From NCBI GenBank assembly GCA_965250085.1, contig OZ252287.1, positions 256,001-320,000 on the forward strand: a stretch of 64,000 nt of DNA, given 5' to 3'. This stretch comes from Candidatus Altimarinota bacterium (GTDB taxonomy: Bacteria > Patescibacteriota > Gracilibacteria > CAIRYL01). Shown one piece after another: positions 32,601 to 40,612 of this stretch (position 1 is its first letter; each line of letters starts with the position of its first letter). Made by a program: the position numbers and the translations under genes. Under the pieces are notes generated by a model. It had not been told where the DNA came from and made no database searches. It saw nothing but the letters and a program-made list of their open reading frames with translations.

Positions 32601-34947
32601 CAACATTGATATTGATGGTGGCAATACTGACTCACAGTCAGAAGGAACAGCTGCAAACACTGTGATCTCTGCTATTACTTCAACTGATGATGGCGAAGAC
32701 AATACGGAAAGCTACACATACTCGCTCACTTGTACCGTAGCTGGAGTTGATGACGCCCACTTTAATATCTTAGGTACTGATCTTCGCAACACAACAGTCT
32801 TTGACTTCCTTATCCCCGTTGATGACAATACCGACAATGACTACGAGATTTGTCTACGAGTTACGGAAACCAATGGAGGTCTCACCTATGATGAAAACTT
32901 CACCATCACCGTGACTGACACAAACTCTGCTCCAACTGATATCCAAATTGATGGAGGGAACACCGACAGTATTGATGAAAACACTTCCTCTGGAACAACA
33001 GTTGGAACCTTAACAACAACTGACGCTGATGGAGGAGATACTCACACATACACTTTTGTTGCTGGTACGGGAGATGAAGACAATGCACTCTTCACTATCG
33101 GAGGTGCAGGGTCTGACGAAGTGAAGCTTGCCTTCGTGCCTGACTTTGAAACTCCAGTGGATGACAATACCGACAATACATACAACCTGCGTATTCAAAC
33201 GGATGATGGTAATGGTGGCACTTATGTAGAAGCTATTACTGTGACAGTTAATGACCTTAACACTGCTCCAACCAACATTGATATTGATGGTGGCAATACT
33301 GACTCACAGTCAGAAGGAACAGCTGCAAACACTGTGATCTCTGCTATTACTTCAACTGATGATGGCGAAGACAATACGGAAAGCTACACATACTCGCTCA
33401 CTTGTACCGTAGCTGGAGTTGATGACGCCCACTTTAATATCTTAGGTACTGATCTTCGCAACACAACAGTCTTTGACTTCCTTATCCCCGTTGATGACAA
33501 TACCGACAATGACTACGAGATTTGTCTACGAGTTACGGAAACCAATGGAGGTCTCACCTATGATGAAAACTTCACCATCACCGTGACTGACACAAACTCT
33601 GCTCCAACTGATATCCAAATTGATGGAGGGAACACCGACAGTATTGATGAAAACACTTCCTCTGGAACAACAGTTGGAACCTTAACAACAACTGACGCTG
33701 ATGGAGGAGATACTCACACATACACTTTTGTTGCTGGTACGGGAGATGAAGACAATGCACTCTTCACTATCGGAGGTGCAGGGTCTGACGAAGTGAAGCT
33801 TGCCTTCGTGCCTGACTTTGAAACTCCAGTGGATGACAATACCGACAATACATACAACCTGCGTATTCAAACGGATGATGGTAATGGTGGCACTTATGTA
33901 GAAGCTATTACTGTGACAGTTAATGACCTTAACACTGCTCCAACCAACATTGATATTGATGGTGGCAATACTGACTCACAGTCAGAAGGAACAGCTGCAA
34001 ACACTGTGATCTCTGCTATTACTTCAACTGATGATGGCGAAGACAATACGGAAAGCTACACATACTCGCTCACTTGTACCGTAGCTGGAGTTGATGACGC
34101 CCACTTTAATATCTTAGGTACTGATCTTCGCAACACAACAGTCTTTGACTTCCTTATCCCCGTTGATGACAATACCGACAATGACTACGAGATTTGTCTA
34201 CGAGTTACGGAAACCAATGGAGGTCTCACCTATGATGAAAACCTTACTGTGGGTATAAATAGTCTTGGTGATACAGTAGCTCCAAGAGGTAGTGGGAGTA
34301 ACAGACGAATTCGTGAAAGTTTTGCACGGAAAGAAGAAGAGTTAAGGACCAGTGCTTCTGAAGAAGATACTTCAGAAGAAGACTCATGTACAACAAAGTT
34401 TCGAGATACACAAGAGCACTGGGGAGAAAGGTATATTACCAAACTCGAATGTCTGGATATTGTTCATGGAAGAAGTAATAATCTGGAGATCTTTGAACCA
34501 GATGATGAGATCATGAGAGCTGAGCTTGCTAAGATAGCTGTTCTTATTGCTGGTTACAGTCCTGATTTGAATGCTGTTGATGCATTTCCTGATGTGAGAA
34601 AGGATCATTGGGGACTCCCCTACATCTCTGTGGCAAGAGAAAAAGGAATTCTGCGGGGATACAAAGATGGATACTTCAGACCATCACAGTTTGTTACCAG
34701 AGCTGAAGCTCTCAAGATGCTTCTTCTTGCCGGAGGGTTTGATCTGGGTTCTTTGAGAAAAAGGATTTCTCAGTTCAGAGATGTGGAGGACTTTGCTTGG
34801 TACAGAGATATTATTGACTTTGGAATTGAGAAAGGGATTATTGAGGGATATTCTTCCAAAGTATTTAAGCCTAATGAGTACATCACAAGAACAGAAGCAG
34901 CAAGGATGGCAGTTTTGGTATTGGAGTTTATGGAAGCAAATCAGTAA
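23644..34947 (+). CDS. Giant surface adhesin (~3767 aa): acidic stalk, two LamG/lectin-like modules, 18 cadherin-like domains, C-terminal SLH
   Basis: Signal ending AYAQ; E/D-rich region; LWLKADAGV and SYLALKYGITL modules twice; NSAPTDI..DEN..DADGGDTHTY..DFET; C-terminal SLH motifs. Confidence 0.85.
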   Translation: MNIKNKYSRLFSRTIALIAAFSIIQGEIVAIPLAYAQEEQIIEEQETREELQDTQDFEEEEEEDEEVSEDETTEGSEETSVEEKEGENEDTVEEGEIEIEEEAEVGGEEEDQSEQGNESESENKEVSEENTEDTVNDEEDESEKKENGDDEILEDKTIGDSEEEEVGDEKDGEDESEKNDQSANDEDESEENGEEEEEETDAVSEGNDQSANDEDESEENGEEEDGDDKVSEKTSEEEVESDEETQEDFLGIEGLSGELRILDENKFAFVLTERDVPEHREGQAINQTEVLETLTKALTTSEEVLAEKEADEDKNFITKTFTSDVSDLSEVVTDDPEEIIEEVVAEIVEENQEFTNFFSVQITPKAGGETITLDPAEEYSFVSGSVVLVLEPNLVLDPGTYIITVEVVNPITGETEIITQDLNWGVLAMNTNQDTYLANDTATIDFGMIDETGAVVCDGALDLDITKPDGSTTTLSTASGDIVVSETCGELTNDIPADYTTTYAFTQEGTYTLALDAVNANGAYSDVTFGRLEKTVVVGAASFDAVISRNMNTRLFPGKDADVSITLDFSTDFAGGIYDVAPLEFELKNIGQGGVEDISESGEHKVIVWNVTASAGESITLSYTYNAPDVSPYFYTVGPLQSADGSIVEAQVWQIANDALPAPGAVDTNLELWLKADAGVEEAASDPAEDADAVLNWLDQSGNNNDVTQATTANKPAYAASTINFNPGVDFDGVNDILKGSSALLANTPGFDVYMVTQTDATQTQNYGRAFYAGGTVSNGRINLILGVNNANPRIMRTLGHQGATNIINVENVSAVGIPTLYEGRLDDANNDRLLIVNGTEHDNDAFTTNTNNGTDNFMSLGAEIGEPTFSYEGMITEIIVYNQDNATAADRQKIQSYLALKYGITLDQGTAQDYLASDGTDKIWDKDATGASTYDNDIVGVGRDDDSALGQVQSKSVNDDAIVEVLAESEGTNAANSFVDIADLEFLTFGNDDGAATWTATGAPTDYEILTRQWSVQETGDVGTVQLDIDVADADFDLPSVLDDYYFIYDADNDGDLSDETPVVMTDQGGNIWRITGINFDSGEEFTLARAEPLSPGGVASNLQLWFKADAGVTGTTAVTAWTDQSGAGYDATATQGPELSTNSINFNPALDFVSAGSEYLQIINGILGTSTHNDAWVYTVSKTDLDQQQNIFFENVSGTSEYFNLITPWNNEQTYFDFGNITVAGRIQVLWGSNYGDYNMWTYGTSDGTATPNSTRKVIQRDGAVIASNNNNDNATGNNSNFNIGGGYSDGVGTTNSFDGKIAEMIVYLGVPSALEQEKVQSYLGVKYGITKNSADNGGTGGEDERDYFASDGTVIWDYSANSTYHNDVTGVGRDDDSGLGQVESRSINADSIIHITADGEGTNAANSFVDIADLEFLTFGNDDGSTSVASSEVPSGIDERLAREWLAQETGDVGNITIAFDLDDQTALTNTGTASDYRLLVDADGDFSNATISSATVAFVGNEITFSGVSELDDGEYFTVSMVNSAPTDLQIDGGNTDSIDENTSSGTTVGTLTTTDADGGDTHTYTFVAGTGDEDNAKFTIGGAGSDEVKLAFLPDFETPVDANTDNTYNLRIETSDGAQTYAEAITITINDLNVAPTNIDIDGGNTDSQSEGTAANTVISAITSTDDGEDNTESYTYSLTCTVAGVDDAHFNILGTDLRNTTVFDFLVPVDDNTDNDYEICLRVTETNGGLTYDENFTITVTDTNSAPTDIQIDGGNTDSIDENTSSGTTVGTLTTTDADGGDTHTYTFVAGTGDEDNALFTIGGAGSDEVKLAFVPDFETPVDDNTDNTYNLRIQTDDGNGGTYVEAITVTVNDLNTAPTNIDIDGGNTDSQSEGTAANTVISAITSTDDGEDNTESYTYSLTCTVAGVDDAHFNILGTDLRNTTVFDFLIPVDDNTDNDYEICLRVTETNGGLTYDENFTITVTDTNSAPTDIQIDGGNTDSIDENTSSGTTVGTLTTTDADGGDTHTYTFVAGTGDEDNAKFTIGGAGSDEVKLAFVPDFETPVDDNTDNTYNLRIQTDDGNGGTYVEAITVTVNDLNTAPTNIDIDGGNTDSQSEGTAANTVISAITSTDDGEDNTESYTYSLTCTVAGVDDAHFNILGTDLRNTTVFDFLIPVDDNTDNDYEICLRVTETNGGLTYDENFTITVTDTNSAPTDIQIDGGNTDSIDENTSSGTTVGTLTTTDADGGDTHTYTFVAGTGDEDNAKFTIGGAGSDEVKLAFVPDFETPVDDNTDNTYNLRIQTDDGNGGTYVEAITVTVNDLNTAPTNIDIDGGNTDSQSEGTAANTVISAITSTDDGEDNTESYTYSLTCTVAGVDDAHFNILGTDLRNTTVFDFLIPVDDNTDNDYEICLRVTETNGGLTYDENFTITVTDTNSAPTDIQIDGGNTDSIDENTSSGTTVGTLTTTDADGGDTHTYTFVAGTGDEDNAKFTIGGAGSDEVKLAFVPDFETPVDDNTDNTYNLRIQTDDGNGGTYVEAITVTVNDLNTAPTNIDIDGGNTDSQSEGTAANTVISAITSTDDGEDNTESYTYSLTCTVAGVDDAHFNILGTDLRNTTVFDFLVPVDDNTDNDYEICLRVTETNGGLTYDENFTITVTDTNSAPTDIQIDGGNTDSIDENTSSGTTVGTLTTTDADGGDTHTYTFVAGTGDEDNALFTIGGAGSDEVKLAFVPDFETPVDDNTDNTYNLRIQTDDGNGGTYVEAITVTVNDLNTAPTNIDIDGGNTDSQSEGTAANTVISAITSTDDGEDNTESYTYSLTCTVAGVDDAHFNILGTDLRNTTVFDFLIPVDDNTDNDYEICLRVTETNGGLTYDENFTITVTDTNSAPTDIQIDGGNTDSIDENTSSGTTVGTLTTTDADGGDTHTYTFVAGTGDEDNALFTIGGAGSDEVKLAFVPDFETPVDDNTDNTYNLRIQTDDGNGGTYVEAITVTVNDLNTAPTNIDIDGGNTDSQSEGTAANTVISAITSTDDGEDNTESYTYSLTCTVAGVDDAHFNILGTDLRNTTVFDFLIPVDDNTDNDYEICLRVTETNGGLTYDENFTITVTDTNSAPTDIQIDGGNTDSIDENTSSGTTVGTLTTTDADGGDTHTYTFVAGTGDEDNALFTIGGAGSDEVKLAFVPDFETPVDDNTDNTYNLRIQTDDGNGGTYVEAITVTVNDLNTAPTNIDIDGGNTDSQSEGTAANTVISAITSTDDGEDNTESYTYSLTCTVAGVDDAHFNILGTDLRNTTVFDFLIPVDDNTDNDYEICLRVTETNGGLTYDENFTITVTDTNSAPTDIQIDGGNTDSIDENTSSGTTVGTLTTTDADGGDTHTYTFVAGTGDEDNALFTIGGAGSDEVKLAFVPDFETPVDDNTDNTYNLRIQTDDGNGGTYVEAITVTVNDLNTAPTNIDIDGGNTDSQSEGTAANTVISAITSTDDGEDNTESYTYSLTCTVAGVDDAHFNILGTDLRNTTVFDFLIPVDDNTDNDYEICLRVTETNGGLTYDENLTVGINSLGDTVAPRGSGSNRRIRESFARKEEELRTSASEEDTSEEDSCTTKFRDTQEHWGERYITKLECLDIVHGRSNNLEIFEPDDEIMRAELAKIAVLIAGYSPDLNAVDAFPDVRKDHWGLPYISVAREKGILRGYKDGYFRPSQFVTRAEALKMLLLAGGFDLGSLRKRISQFRDVEDFAWYRDIIDFGIEKGIIEGYSSKVFKPNEYITRTEAARMAVLVLEFMEANQ
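28222..34250 (+). repeat. Nine tandem ~672-bp coding repeats, two cadherin-like domains each
   Basis: aactctgctccaactgat at 28891, 29563, 30235, 30907, 31579, 32251, 32923, 33595 plus a divergent 669-bp first unit. Confidence 0.97.
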
Positions 34948-35011
34948 GATGCGAGGGGGGAGGAGATGGTGAGGTTTTATTGGAACTGACGTAATAATAC
35001 AACAGATCACA

Positions 35012-35040
35012 TTGAACCTTACAGTTAGGTATTATAGAAT
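35012..35040 (+). promoter_or_regulatory. Promoter for tRNA-Arg
   Basis: TTGAAC-17-TAGAAT. Confidence 0.6.
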
Positions 35041-35069
35041 TCCTTGGCTTCTGTGAGTTATATTTTTTT

Positions 35070-35146
35070 GCCCGTGTAGCTCAATTGGATAGAGTACCTG
35101 GCTTCGAACCAGTAGGTTGGGGGTTCGAGTCCCTCCACGGGCACCA
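35070..35146 (+). tRNA. tRNA-Arg (UCG)
   Basis: GCCCGTG/CACGGGC acceptor; ctgg-ctTCGaa-ccag; GGTTCGAGTCC; CCA. Confidence 0.93.
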
Positions 35147-35253
35147 CACAGTTGAATTTACTACCAACGAGGAATGGAATGAGGAAGTGAGCAAGGAAAG
35201 ATACTGAGTCAGGAGCAAAGCGAATGGCGAAGGATTAAAATTTTACCCTCAAA

Positions 35254-35800
35254 ATGAAAAATTTTCTTCAAAAACCTCTTTCTGTCAGGAACGCTGGTTT
35301 CACTCTTGTAGGATTCTCTATTGTTTTTGTAGTTATCGGTCTTTTGATGACCACTACTTTTGTGACGTTCGTAAATATGAAAGAGCGATCTCGAGATGTG
35401 CGACGTGTTTCAGACATGGCAGGTATCAGTGGTGCTCTACACCTCTTTTTTAATGATAAAGGACATTATCCTGGCCCCACACGAATGAAGGAGTTTTAGA
35501 TACAGGAGAAATGATCGGTGACGATAAAAATGGTGCCTTTGAGATATCTATTAGACAATACATAACCTACGTTCCCAGAGATCCCCGACATGGATGGTAC
35601 GACATATTACTATGCATATGATCCAGAGCATCTGGTGGATAATCCACAAGAAAGTTGTAATAGCTCTGGAGGGTTCAAAGCAATATTGAGCTTCCAAACA
35701 TCTTAATCTTCTAAAACAGAATTGGAAAAAGAGACTTGCAGTGACAGTGAGATGGGAATTGATGCTTCTGCCTATAACGTTGGATTTTATCCTCCAGGTT
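35254..35800 (+). pseudogene. Frameshifted type IV pilin/pseudopilin paralog
   Basis: GFTLVGF (E5 lost); RSRDVRRVSDM..HYPGPT; then out-of-frame VPRDP and YYYAYDPEH..NPQESCN matching the next gene. Confidence 0.75.
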
Positions 35801-35814
35801 CGTAAAATAAGCCT

Positions 35815-36327
35815 ATGAGAAAGAATGGTTTTACACTTATTGAGCTCTTGGTGGTCATTGCAATCATTGGAGTCCTCGCTGTTGGAGCAGTTTCTGTGTT
35901 TAATGAAATACAAAAAAAATCTCGCGATACACACCGCCTTGCTGACATGCAACACATCCGAAAGGCACTTCAGCTCTTCTTTACAGAAAATGAACACTAT
36001 CCAGGACCCACTGGAGAAAGTGTTTCTACCAGTGCTGAAGAACTGGGAGATGATATGGGAAACATAGAGACGGTTCTCGCTCCTTACTTTCAGCGCATTC
36101 CAAAAGATCCTATCGATGATGCAGATCATTACTATAGTTATGATCCACAACATAATACTGATGATCCACAAGGAAGTTGCAATGCTGCTGGTGTGCAAGC
36201 GGTTGTATTTGGATTTAACCGCGCAGAAGCTTCGAGCACTACGCTTATAAAAGACACCTGCAGCGGGAGTGATCAAAATTTAGACGATGCCGACTATAAC
36301 ATAGCACTGAGGTCTATAGGGCCATAG
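35815..36327 (+). CDS. Type IV pilin / GspG-like prepilin
   Basis: GFTLIELLVVIAIIGVLA; KSRDTHRLADM; IPKDP; C-terminal Cys pair. Confidence 0.9.
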   Translation: MRKNGFTLIELLVVIAIIGVLAVGAVSVFNEIQKKSRDTHRLADMQHIRKALQLFFTENEHYPGPTGESVSTSAEELGDDMGNIETVLAPYFQRIPKDPIDDADHYYSYDPQHNTDDPQGSCNAAGVQAVVFGFNRAEASSTTLIKDTCSGSDQNLDDADYNIALRSIGP

Positions 36328-36330
36328 GGA

Positions 36331-38139
36331 TTATTCTTCTCTCTTGAGAATCGCGAGAAACGCTTCCTGCGGAAGTGCCACTTTTCCAATAGCCTTCATT
36401 CGTTTTTTCCCTGCTTTTTGCTTTTTGAGGAGCTTGTTTTTACGCGTAACGTCACCACCATAGAGTTTTGCGGTCACATCTTTTCGGTATGCAGGTATGG
36501 TCTCTCTGGCGATGATACGAGATCCAATAGCCGCTTGCAATGCTATGGGAAAGTTGGCTCTCGGGATAATATCTTTGAGCTTTTTGACAACTGCCGATCC
36601 GGCATTTTGCGCCTCATCTCTATGCAGGATTTGCGCCAGTGGTGGCACCGCATCCCCTGCGACAAGTATATCCATTTTGACCAATGCATCTGTCCGCATT
36701 TCCAAAAACTCATAACTGAGTGATGCATATCCAGAGCTTAGACTTTTGAGACGATCATAAAAGTCAACTACTAGGTTTGCCATGGGGACCTCGGCAGTGA
36801 TCACAGCTCTTTCAGTATTCAAATACAAAATATTTTTAAATTTTCCTCTTTTTTTCTGAATGAGCTCCATCATCGCTCCAACATATTCTTTAGGAGTAAT
36901 AATCTCTATTTTGGCGATAGGTTCTGCAAGAGATTCAATATGACTCGGATCTGGGAGTTCTGCTGCAGAAGAGATTTCCAAACACTCTTCTTTTTTTCCA
37001 TGCACCGTATATCCGACACTTGGAGCCGTTACAATCAAATCCAAATTGTATTCTCTTTCCAGGCGTTCTTGAACGATATCTAAGTGTAAGAGTCCCAAAA
37101 ATCCACATCGAAATCCATTTCCAAGTGCTACAGAGTTTTCTGGTTCAAATGAAAGAGCAGAATCTGAAAGTGAAAGTTTTTCAAGTGCATCCCTCAGGAG
37201 TGGATAATCCCCTCCTTCAGTACAAAAAATGCCAGAAAAAACCATTGGCTTGACCGATTCATATCCTGGTAGAGGACTTACTGTATCTGTATCTTTGCCT
37301 CCATAAATAGTATCCCCCACCCTTGCCTCTCGCGTTGATTTGAGTCCTGTCACGACATACCCCACTTCCCCAGCAGAAAGAGAACTAAGGGGTACATATT
37401 TTGGCGTAAATTTTCCGACCTCCAATATATCAATTTGCTTTTTAGTTTTCAGAAGCAAGACTTTGTCTTTTCTCTTGAGTTCTCCAGATACCACACGGAC
37501 AAACGCCATTACTCCTTTGTATGAGTCATAGACAGAGTCAAATATAAGAGCTCTTGCTTCTTTGTCATCCGTAATATTTTCTTTTTTCCTCATTCCTGCA
37601 TCTTCAGGATTTGGTATTTTTTCTACAATGCGATCTAAAACGCTCTCTATATTCGTTCCATCTTTGGCAGAAATAGCGATAATATCTTCTTTTGGAATGC
37701 CAATTGCGTTTTCAACTTCAGTACTCACGCGCTCTATATCCGCTGCTGGCAAATCTATTTTGTTAATAATAGGAATGATTTCAAGATCGTATGCAAGTGC
37801 GAGATAAAGATTGGAGAGCGTCTGTGCTTCAATTCCCTGTGTTGCATCAACTACCAATATGGCTCCTTCACACGCGGCAAGTGAGCGGGATACTTCATAT
37901 TGGAAATCTACATGCCCAGGAGTATCAATGAGGTTGAGTTGATAGTTGTTCCATTCCATTCTCACTGGTTGCAACTTGATAGTGATCCCTCGTTCTTGCT
38001 CAAGCTCCATCGTATCCAAAAACTGTTTTTTCATATCCCGCTTTGCAACCGTATTTGTAAGTTCCAAAAATCGATCAGCAAGAGTTGATTTGCCATGATC
38101 AATATGCGCAATGATGCAAAAATTTCGGATGTTTTTCAT
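36331..38139 (-). CDS. lepA: Elongation factor 4
   Basis: IRNFCIIAHIDHGKSTLADR; GFRCGFLGLLH; LYGGDVTRKNKLL. Confidence 0.97.
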   Translation of the reverse strand: MKNIRNFCIIAHIDHGKSTLADRFLELTNTVAKRDMKKQFLDTMELEQERGITIKLQPVRMEWNNYQLNLIDTPGHVDFQYEVSRSLAACEGAILVVDATQGIEAQTLSNLYLALAYDLEIIPIINKIDLPAADIERVSTEVENAIGIPKEDIIAISAKDGTNIESVLDRIVEKIPNPEDAGMRKKENITDDKEARALIFDSVYDSYKGVMAFVRVVSGELKRKDKVLLLKTKKQIDILEVGKFTPKYVPLSSLSAGEVGYVVTGLKSTREARVGDTIYGGKDTDTVSPLPGYESVKPMVFSGIFCTEGGDYPLLRDALEKLSLSDSALSFEPENSVALGNGFRCGFLGLLHLDIVQERLEREYNLDLIVTAPSVGYTVHGKKEECLEISSAAELPDPSHIESLAEPIAKIEIITPKEYVGAMMELIQKKRGKFKNILYLNTERAVITAEVPMANLVVDFYDRLKSLSSGYASLSYEFLEMRTDALVKMDILVAGDAVPPLAQILHRDEAQNAGSAVVKKLKDIIPRANFPIALQAAIGSRIIARETIPAYRKDVTAKLYGGDVTRKNKLLKKQKAGKKRMKAIGKVALPQEAFLAILKREE

Positions 38140-38156
38140 GAGCAATGCTTTATCTT

Positions 38157-38218
38157 TCCCCCTTGAAAAGGGGGACCAAGGGGGTTAAAGCCCACCTAGC
38201 CTCCCTTTGCAAGGGAGG
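38157..38218. repeat. CCCC/GGGG-family palindromic repeat doublet
   Basis: tcccccttgaaaagggggaccaagggggtt and cctagcctccctttgcaagggagg. Confidence 0.75.
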
Positions 38219-38381
38219 AACTAGAAATACTTCTTCGGAATATCCCTCCAATACGGTCGGGATGACGCGACCGATTGTAGACAAAAAAAGACCGTTTCAC
38301 AATTTCTTCACGAATCATGTATCATAGAGCACACAACACTCACAATTTATAATCTATAATTTAAAATTTATAATTTCGTAA

Positions 38382-39335
38382 ATGGCTTCCAAAAATATTC
38401 GCATCTTTGCCGCTAACTCTCATCCTCATCTCGCCGAAAGCATAGGGAAAAGCATGGGATGCAAGCTGTCATCAGTAGAGATCAAAAAATTCTCGTGTGG
38501 CGAGATGTATGTGCGATTTGGAGAAACAGTCAGAGGAAGAGATGTGTTTGTGGTGGGGACATGCAATGCTGGCAATGTGAATGAAGATCTTATGGAACTC
38601 TTTCTTCTCTGTGATGCTGCCAAGCAAAGTTTTGCAAGATCTATCCACGTCATACTCCCCTTCTATGGATACTGCCGTCAGGACAAAGTGCACGAGGCTC
38701 GAGAAGGGATCTCCGCACGACTTATGGCAAATCTTTTGGTCAAAAGCGGAGCAGATCACATTATCACCGTGCAACTCCATTCAGATCAGATCCAAGGATT
38801 TTTTGATGTACCGGTGGATAATCTGCATATCAGAAAAATGATTGCCAAGTATTTTATCGGTCAAAAGATAGAGGGTGATCTGGTCGTGGTGTCTCCAGAT
38901 GCCGGTGGAGCGAAGCCGGCAAAAAAGGTGGCGGATATTCTCGGAGCCAGACTGGCCATCATGCACAAAACCAGACCAAGACACAATGAATCATCTGTTA
39001 CACACGTAGTAGGAGATGTAGAGGGAAAGACAGCAATCCTTCTGGACGATATGGTAGACACTGCCGGAAGTGTGGCAGGAGCACGGCAGGCTCTGCTCGA
39101 TGCCGGAGCAAATGAAAAAGTATATCTCTGCGCAACACATCCGGTCTTCTCCGGACCCGCAGTAGAAAGACTGAGCAAAGCAGGATTTCACAAAATAGTA
39201 GTGAGTAACTCCATACCGCTTTCAAAAGAGGCTCAAAAAAAATTGGATATCGATGTGATCGATATCGCTCCCCTTCTCGCACAAGTCATCAAAAGTGTTA
39301 TGGAAGATACTTCCGCTTCAAAGTGGTTTTCTTAG
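38382..39335 (+). CDS. prs: Ribose-phosphate pyrophosphokinase
   Basis: YGYCRQDK, LHSDQIQGFFD, VVSPDAGG, LDDMVDTAGS. Confidence 0.96.
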   Translation: MASKNIRIFAANSHPHLAESIGKSMGCKLSSVEIKKFSCGEMYVRFGETVRGRDVFVVGTCNAGNVNEDLMELFLLCDAAKQSFARSIHVILPFYGYCRQDKVHEAREGISARLMANLLVKSGADHIITVQLHSDQIQGFFDVPVDNLHIRKMIAKYFIGQKIEGDLVVVSPDAGGAKPAKKVADILGARLAIMHKTRPRHNESSVTHVVGDVEGKTAILLDDMVDTAGSVAGARQALLDAGANEKVYLCATHPVFSGPAVERLSKAGFHKIVVSNSIPLSKEAQKKLDIDVIDIAPLLAQVIKSVMEDTSASKWFS

Positions 39336-39345
39336 TATAAGCCAA

Positions 39346-39430
39346 AAAATCTCCTCTACTCCCTCTTTTTTAAAGAGGGGAAGTAAAAATTCTCCCTCCC
39401 TTTGTAAAAGGGAGGCTAGGAGGGATTTTT
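39346..39430. repeat. CCCC/GGGG-family palindromic repeat doublet between convergent genes
   Basis: ctccctcttttttaaagagggg and cctccctttgtaaaagggaggctaggagggattt. Confidence 0.75.
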
Positions 39431-39967
39431 TAATATCACTTTCAAAAGCTCTGGAAATTCCGTATATCCAAATTCTGTATTCAAATGTCCTCCCTTTGGA
39501 ATGACTGTACACTCTGCCCTTAAATTATGAGCCAATTGCTGGGCACTTTGGAGTGAATTATAGGGATCGTTATCAGCGTGGAATATAAAGAATTTTTTGC
39601 AGTATTTTTGAATATTTTCAAAATTATATGGAGTATTCACAAATGTTTGGGGACTAAATTCCACCGGAGTCTCCTTTCCTGCTGGAGCGGTCAAAAAACA
39701 AGCAGAAATACTTTTTTTCGTATTCTCCAAAATCCTCAAAGAAAATGGACATCCCAAGCTATGGGCAACAAAAATCGAGTCCTTGTGAATATAAGATTCG
39801 TATTCTTCAAATATTGTGCACCAATTTTCAAAAGTTTGATGCTCAGGAGTTGGGAATCGAGGAATAAAAACCGTATGACCTTCAGGTTCCAATTTATCCC
39901 GAAGCCATGGAAACCAGTTTTCATCTGAATGTCCGTGAGCGCCGTGAAAAATAAATATATGTGCCAT
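39416..39967 (-). CDS. RBBP9/YdeN-family alpha/beta hydrolase
   Basis: FHG..NWFPWL; VAHSLG; DNDPY; GGHLN. Confidence 0.9.
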   Translation of the reverse strand: MAHIFIFHGAHGHSDENWFPWLRDKLEPEGHTVFIPRFPTPEHQTFENWCTIFEEYESYIHKDSIFVAHSLGCPFSLRILENTKKSISACFLTAPAGKETPVEFSPQTFVNTPYNFENIQKYCKKFFIFHADNDPYNSLQSAQQLAHNLRAECTVIPKGGHLNTEFGYTEFPELLKVILKNPS

Positions 39968-39982
39968 ACAAGAAGCATACTC

Positions 39983-40612
39983 TTAACTCAAAAACTCCTC
40001 CATCATTTGAAGAAAAGTTGGAATGGGAAATCCCACAATATTCCAAAGGTTTCCTTTTATTTCTTTAATAAACACTGAGCTCTTGCCTTCTACGCAAATG
40101 GAGCCACTTCTCCCCTGCCACTCATTGCAGGAAAGCATATATTCCGCTTCATCATCACCAATATGTCCAAATACAATTTCCGCCTTCTCATACCGCACAA
40201 GACATTTTTCTGAACTCATGACACAGATACCAGATATGACTTGCTCCGTAGTATTCGATTTTTGCAAAATCATTCTTTTTGCATCTTCCTCATTCTCTGG
40301 CTTTCCAAGAATTTCTCCATCTTCAGAAACTACCAGTGTATCTACTCCCACAGAAACCATTCTGCCTCCCTGATCAAGAGGGTTAAGGGGGTTCTTAGAA
40401 TTCAGTCGTGCAAACACCGCCTTCGTCTTCCCTTCCGCAAAATCTTTCGCGTTCTGTTCTGGTGAAAGATGAAGATTCACCATTTCTTCAAAATCACTCG
40501 TCACAACTCTGAATGGAACATTCATCATTTCCAAAATTCTCTTCCGCTGAGGGCTTGCGGAGGCGAGTATGAGAGGGGTTTTCTCAAAAAAACTATGAAG
40601 ATTGTGTGTCAT
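39983..40612 (-). CDS. maf: Maf-family nucleoside triphosphate pyrophosphatase
   Basis: LILASASPQRKRIL; DTLVV..GEILGKP; NIVGFP. Confidence 0.9.
   Translation of the reverse strand: MTHNLHSFFEKTPLILASASPQRKRILEMMNVPFRVVTSDFEEMVNLHLSPEQNAKDFAEGKTKAVFARLNSKNPLNPLDQGGRMVSVGVDTLVVSEDGEILGKPENEEDAKRMILQKSNTTEQVISGICVMSSEKCLVRYEKAEIVFGHIGDDEAEYMLSCNEWQGRSGSICVEGKSSVFIKEIKGNLWNIVGFPIPTFLQMMEEFLS

Noticed and set aside
28222-34250. Tandem array as CRISPR, or repeated minus-strand 60-62 aa ORFs as genes
   Set aside because: The 672-bp in-frame coding repeats have no unique spacers and there are no cas genes; the minus-strand ORFs are shadows of the repeat.
35551-36276. 241-aa minus-strand ORF
   Set aside because: Antisense shadow of the pilin genes.
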